This document shows positions 17,824 to 18,641 of a DNA stretch of 18,641 nucleotides, in pieces. This DNA comes from a bacterium (lineage in GTDB: Bacteria > SZUA-182 > DTGQ01 > JAFGSM01), in NCBI GenBank assembly GCA_049472355.1, contig JBLIRP010000072.1, forward strand, positions 1 through 18,641, written 5' to 3'. Every line of letters starts with the position of its first letter. The stretch's first letter is position 1. A program made the position numbers and the translations under genes. The notes under the pieces were generated by a model that ran no database searches, had not been told where the DNA came from, and worked only from the letters and a program-made list of their open reading frames with translations.

Positions 17824-18641
17824 ATGAACAGGGTGTTCAGGCACATCGGATGGGGTGTCGTATTCACAGGAATGTTGTGCCTTGGGGCCTGCCTCGATCC
17901 GACTGCAAACAGCTTCGATAAGACCGGGAGCAGTCATAAGACCGTGGTCATCAACGAAATCGTAGCCAGGGCGTCCGATGGCGACGATGACTGGATCGAG
18001 CTCTACAACGCAGGTGAACATGCCGCGTACCTGAGGGATTATGCGTTGGTCGACGACAACGTTGAGCGCGAGCCTGTTCTGCTGCCCGATATCATCCTGG
18101 AGCCCGGCGAGTTTATCATGATCCTGGCAACGGAGGAGGAACCTGAAGACGGCTCCCCGTACGTCCCCTTTCGATTGGGCAGCGATGACATGCTCATCCT
18201 CTACTGGGGCCTTTCCATTCTGGATGTGCTGAACTGGGAGGCGGGTGAGGCGCCTGCCGGGTACAGCTATGGCCGGTTTCCCGACGGTGTCGGTGCGGCG
18301 ACAACCCTGATACCCACACCGAACGTATCAAACAGGGAGATCTTTCTATCCGCCCTGGTGGTCAACGAGATCGTTGCCAGGCCTCTCGATGAAGGCAGTG
18401 ACTGGATCGAACTTTACAATGCCGCTGACTCTCCGGTATATATGGGGGATTACTCCATTGTCGATGATAACGTGTTGCACGATCCGGTGGTGCTGCCTGA
18501 TATGGTCCTGGAGCCGGGCGAGTTTTTCGTGATACTTGCGAGCGACGTGCCCCCCGGAGACGGCTCCTTTTATGTGCCCTTCAGATTGGGTGTGGATGAC
18601 TGCGTGACCCTCTATCAGGATGGGGACATCATGAATGTACT
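17824..18641 (+). CDS. Lipoprotein with tandem lamin-tail (LTD) domains, 3'-truncated by the window (not in the ORF track)
   Basis: My translation: MNRVFRHIGWGVVFTGMLCLGA-C (lipobox), then VVINEIVARASDGDDDWIELYN...LEPGEF...SYGRFPDG...PTP and a second VVNEIVARPLDEGSDWIELYN...LEPGEF. These are the LTD signature INE/DWIELYN motifs. No stop before the window end. Confidence 0.85.
   Translation, partial: MNRVFRHIGWGVVFTGMLCLGACLDPTANSFDKTGSSHKTVVINEIVARASDGDDDWIELYNAGEHAAYLRDYALVDDNVEREPVLLPDIILEPGEFIMILATEEEPEDGSPYVPFRLGSDDMLILYWGLSILDVLNWEAGEAPAGYSYGRFPDGVGAATTLIPTPNVSNREIFLSALVVNEIVARPLDEGSDWIELYNAADSPVYMGDYSIVDDNVLHDPVVLPDMVLEPGEFFVILASDVPPGDGSFYVPFRLGVDDCVTLYQDGDIMNV

Noticed and set aside
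1..18641. Genome-wide UGA reassignment (genetic code 4 or 25)
   Set aside because: TGA is a normal stop for macA, the methyltransferase, the ubiA-like gene and the Tes-like gene (two with ATGA overlaps), and Trp is encoded by TGG. Only two in-frame TGAs occur, both at catalytic Cys positions.

Overview
Bacterial window with four blocks. (1) The 3' part of a MacAB-type ABC efflux operon (+). (2) A peroxiredoxin (-) that the ORF track splits at an in-frame TGA; the TGA falls exactly at the peroxidatic residue and is followed by a SECIS-like hairpin, so this is a PrxU-type selenoprotein. (3) A 7-gene (-) operon: SAM methyltransferase, radical SAM/SPASM, lipoprotein, UbiA prenyltransferase (DGGGP-synthase-like), second radical SAM, Gly-rich membrane protein and a divergent Tes/GDGT-MAS (MJ0619)-like radical SAM. 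It looks like a lipid-modification cluster and is interrupted by a tandem ~118-bp insertion. An internally deleted dinB lies upstream. (4) A ~1900-aa alpha-2-macroglobulin-family gene (+) that the ORF track also splits at one in-frame TGA, then a terminator, structured repeats and a partial lamin-tail-domain lipoprotein. Main discovery: the A2M TGA sits exactly at the thioester cysteine (PYG-U-F-C-Q versus canonical PYG-C-x-E-Q) and is followed by a hairpin with the same geometry as the PrxU SECIS in this window (10-nt spacer, 7-bp stem, GT at +19/+20). This suggests a selenocysteine-containing alpha-2-macroglobulin with a possible selenoester or UxC redox site. All family assignments come from motif recognition by eye; no database search was run.
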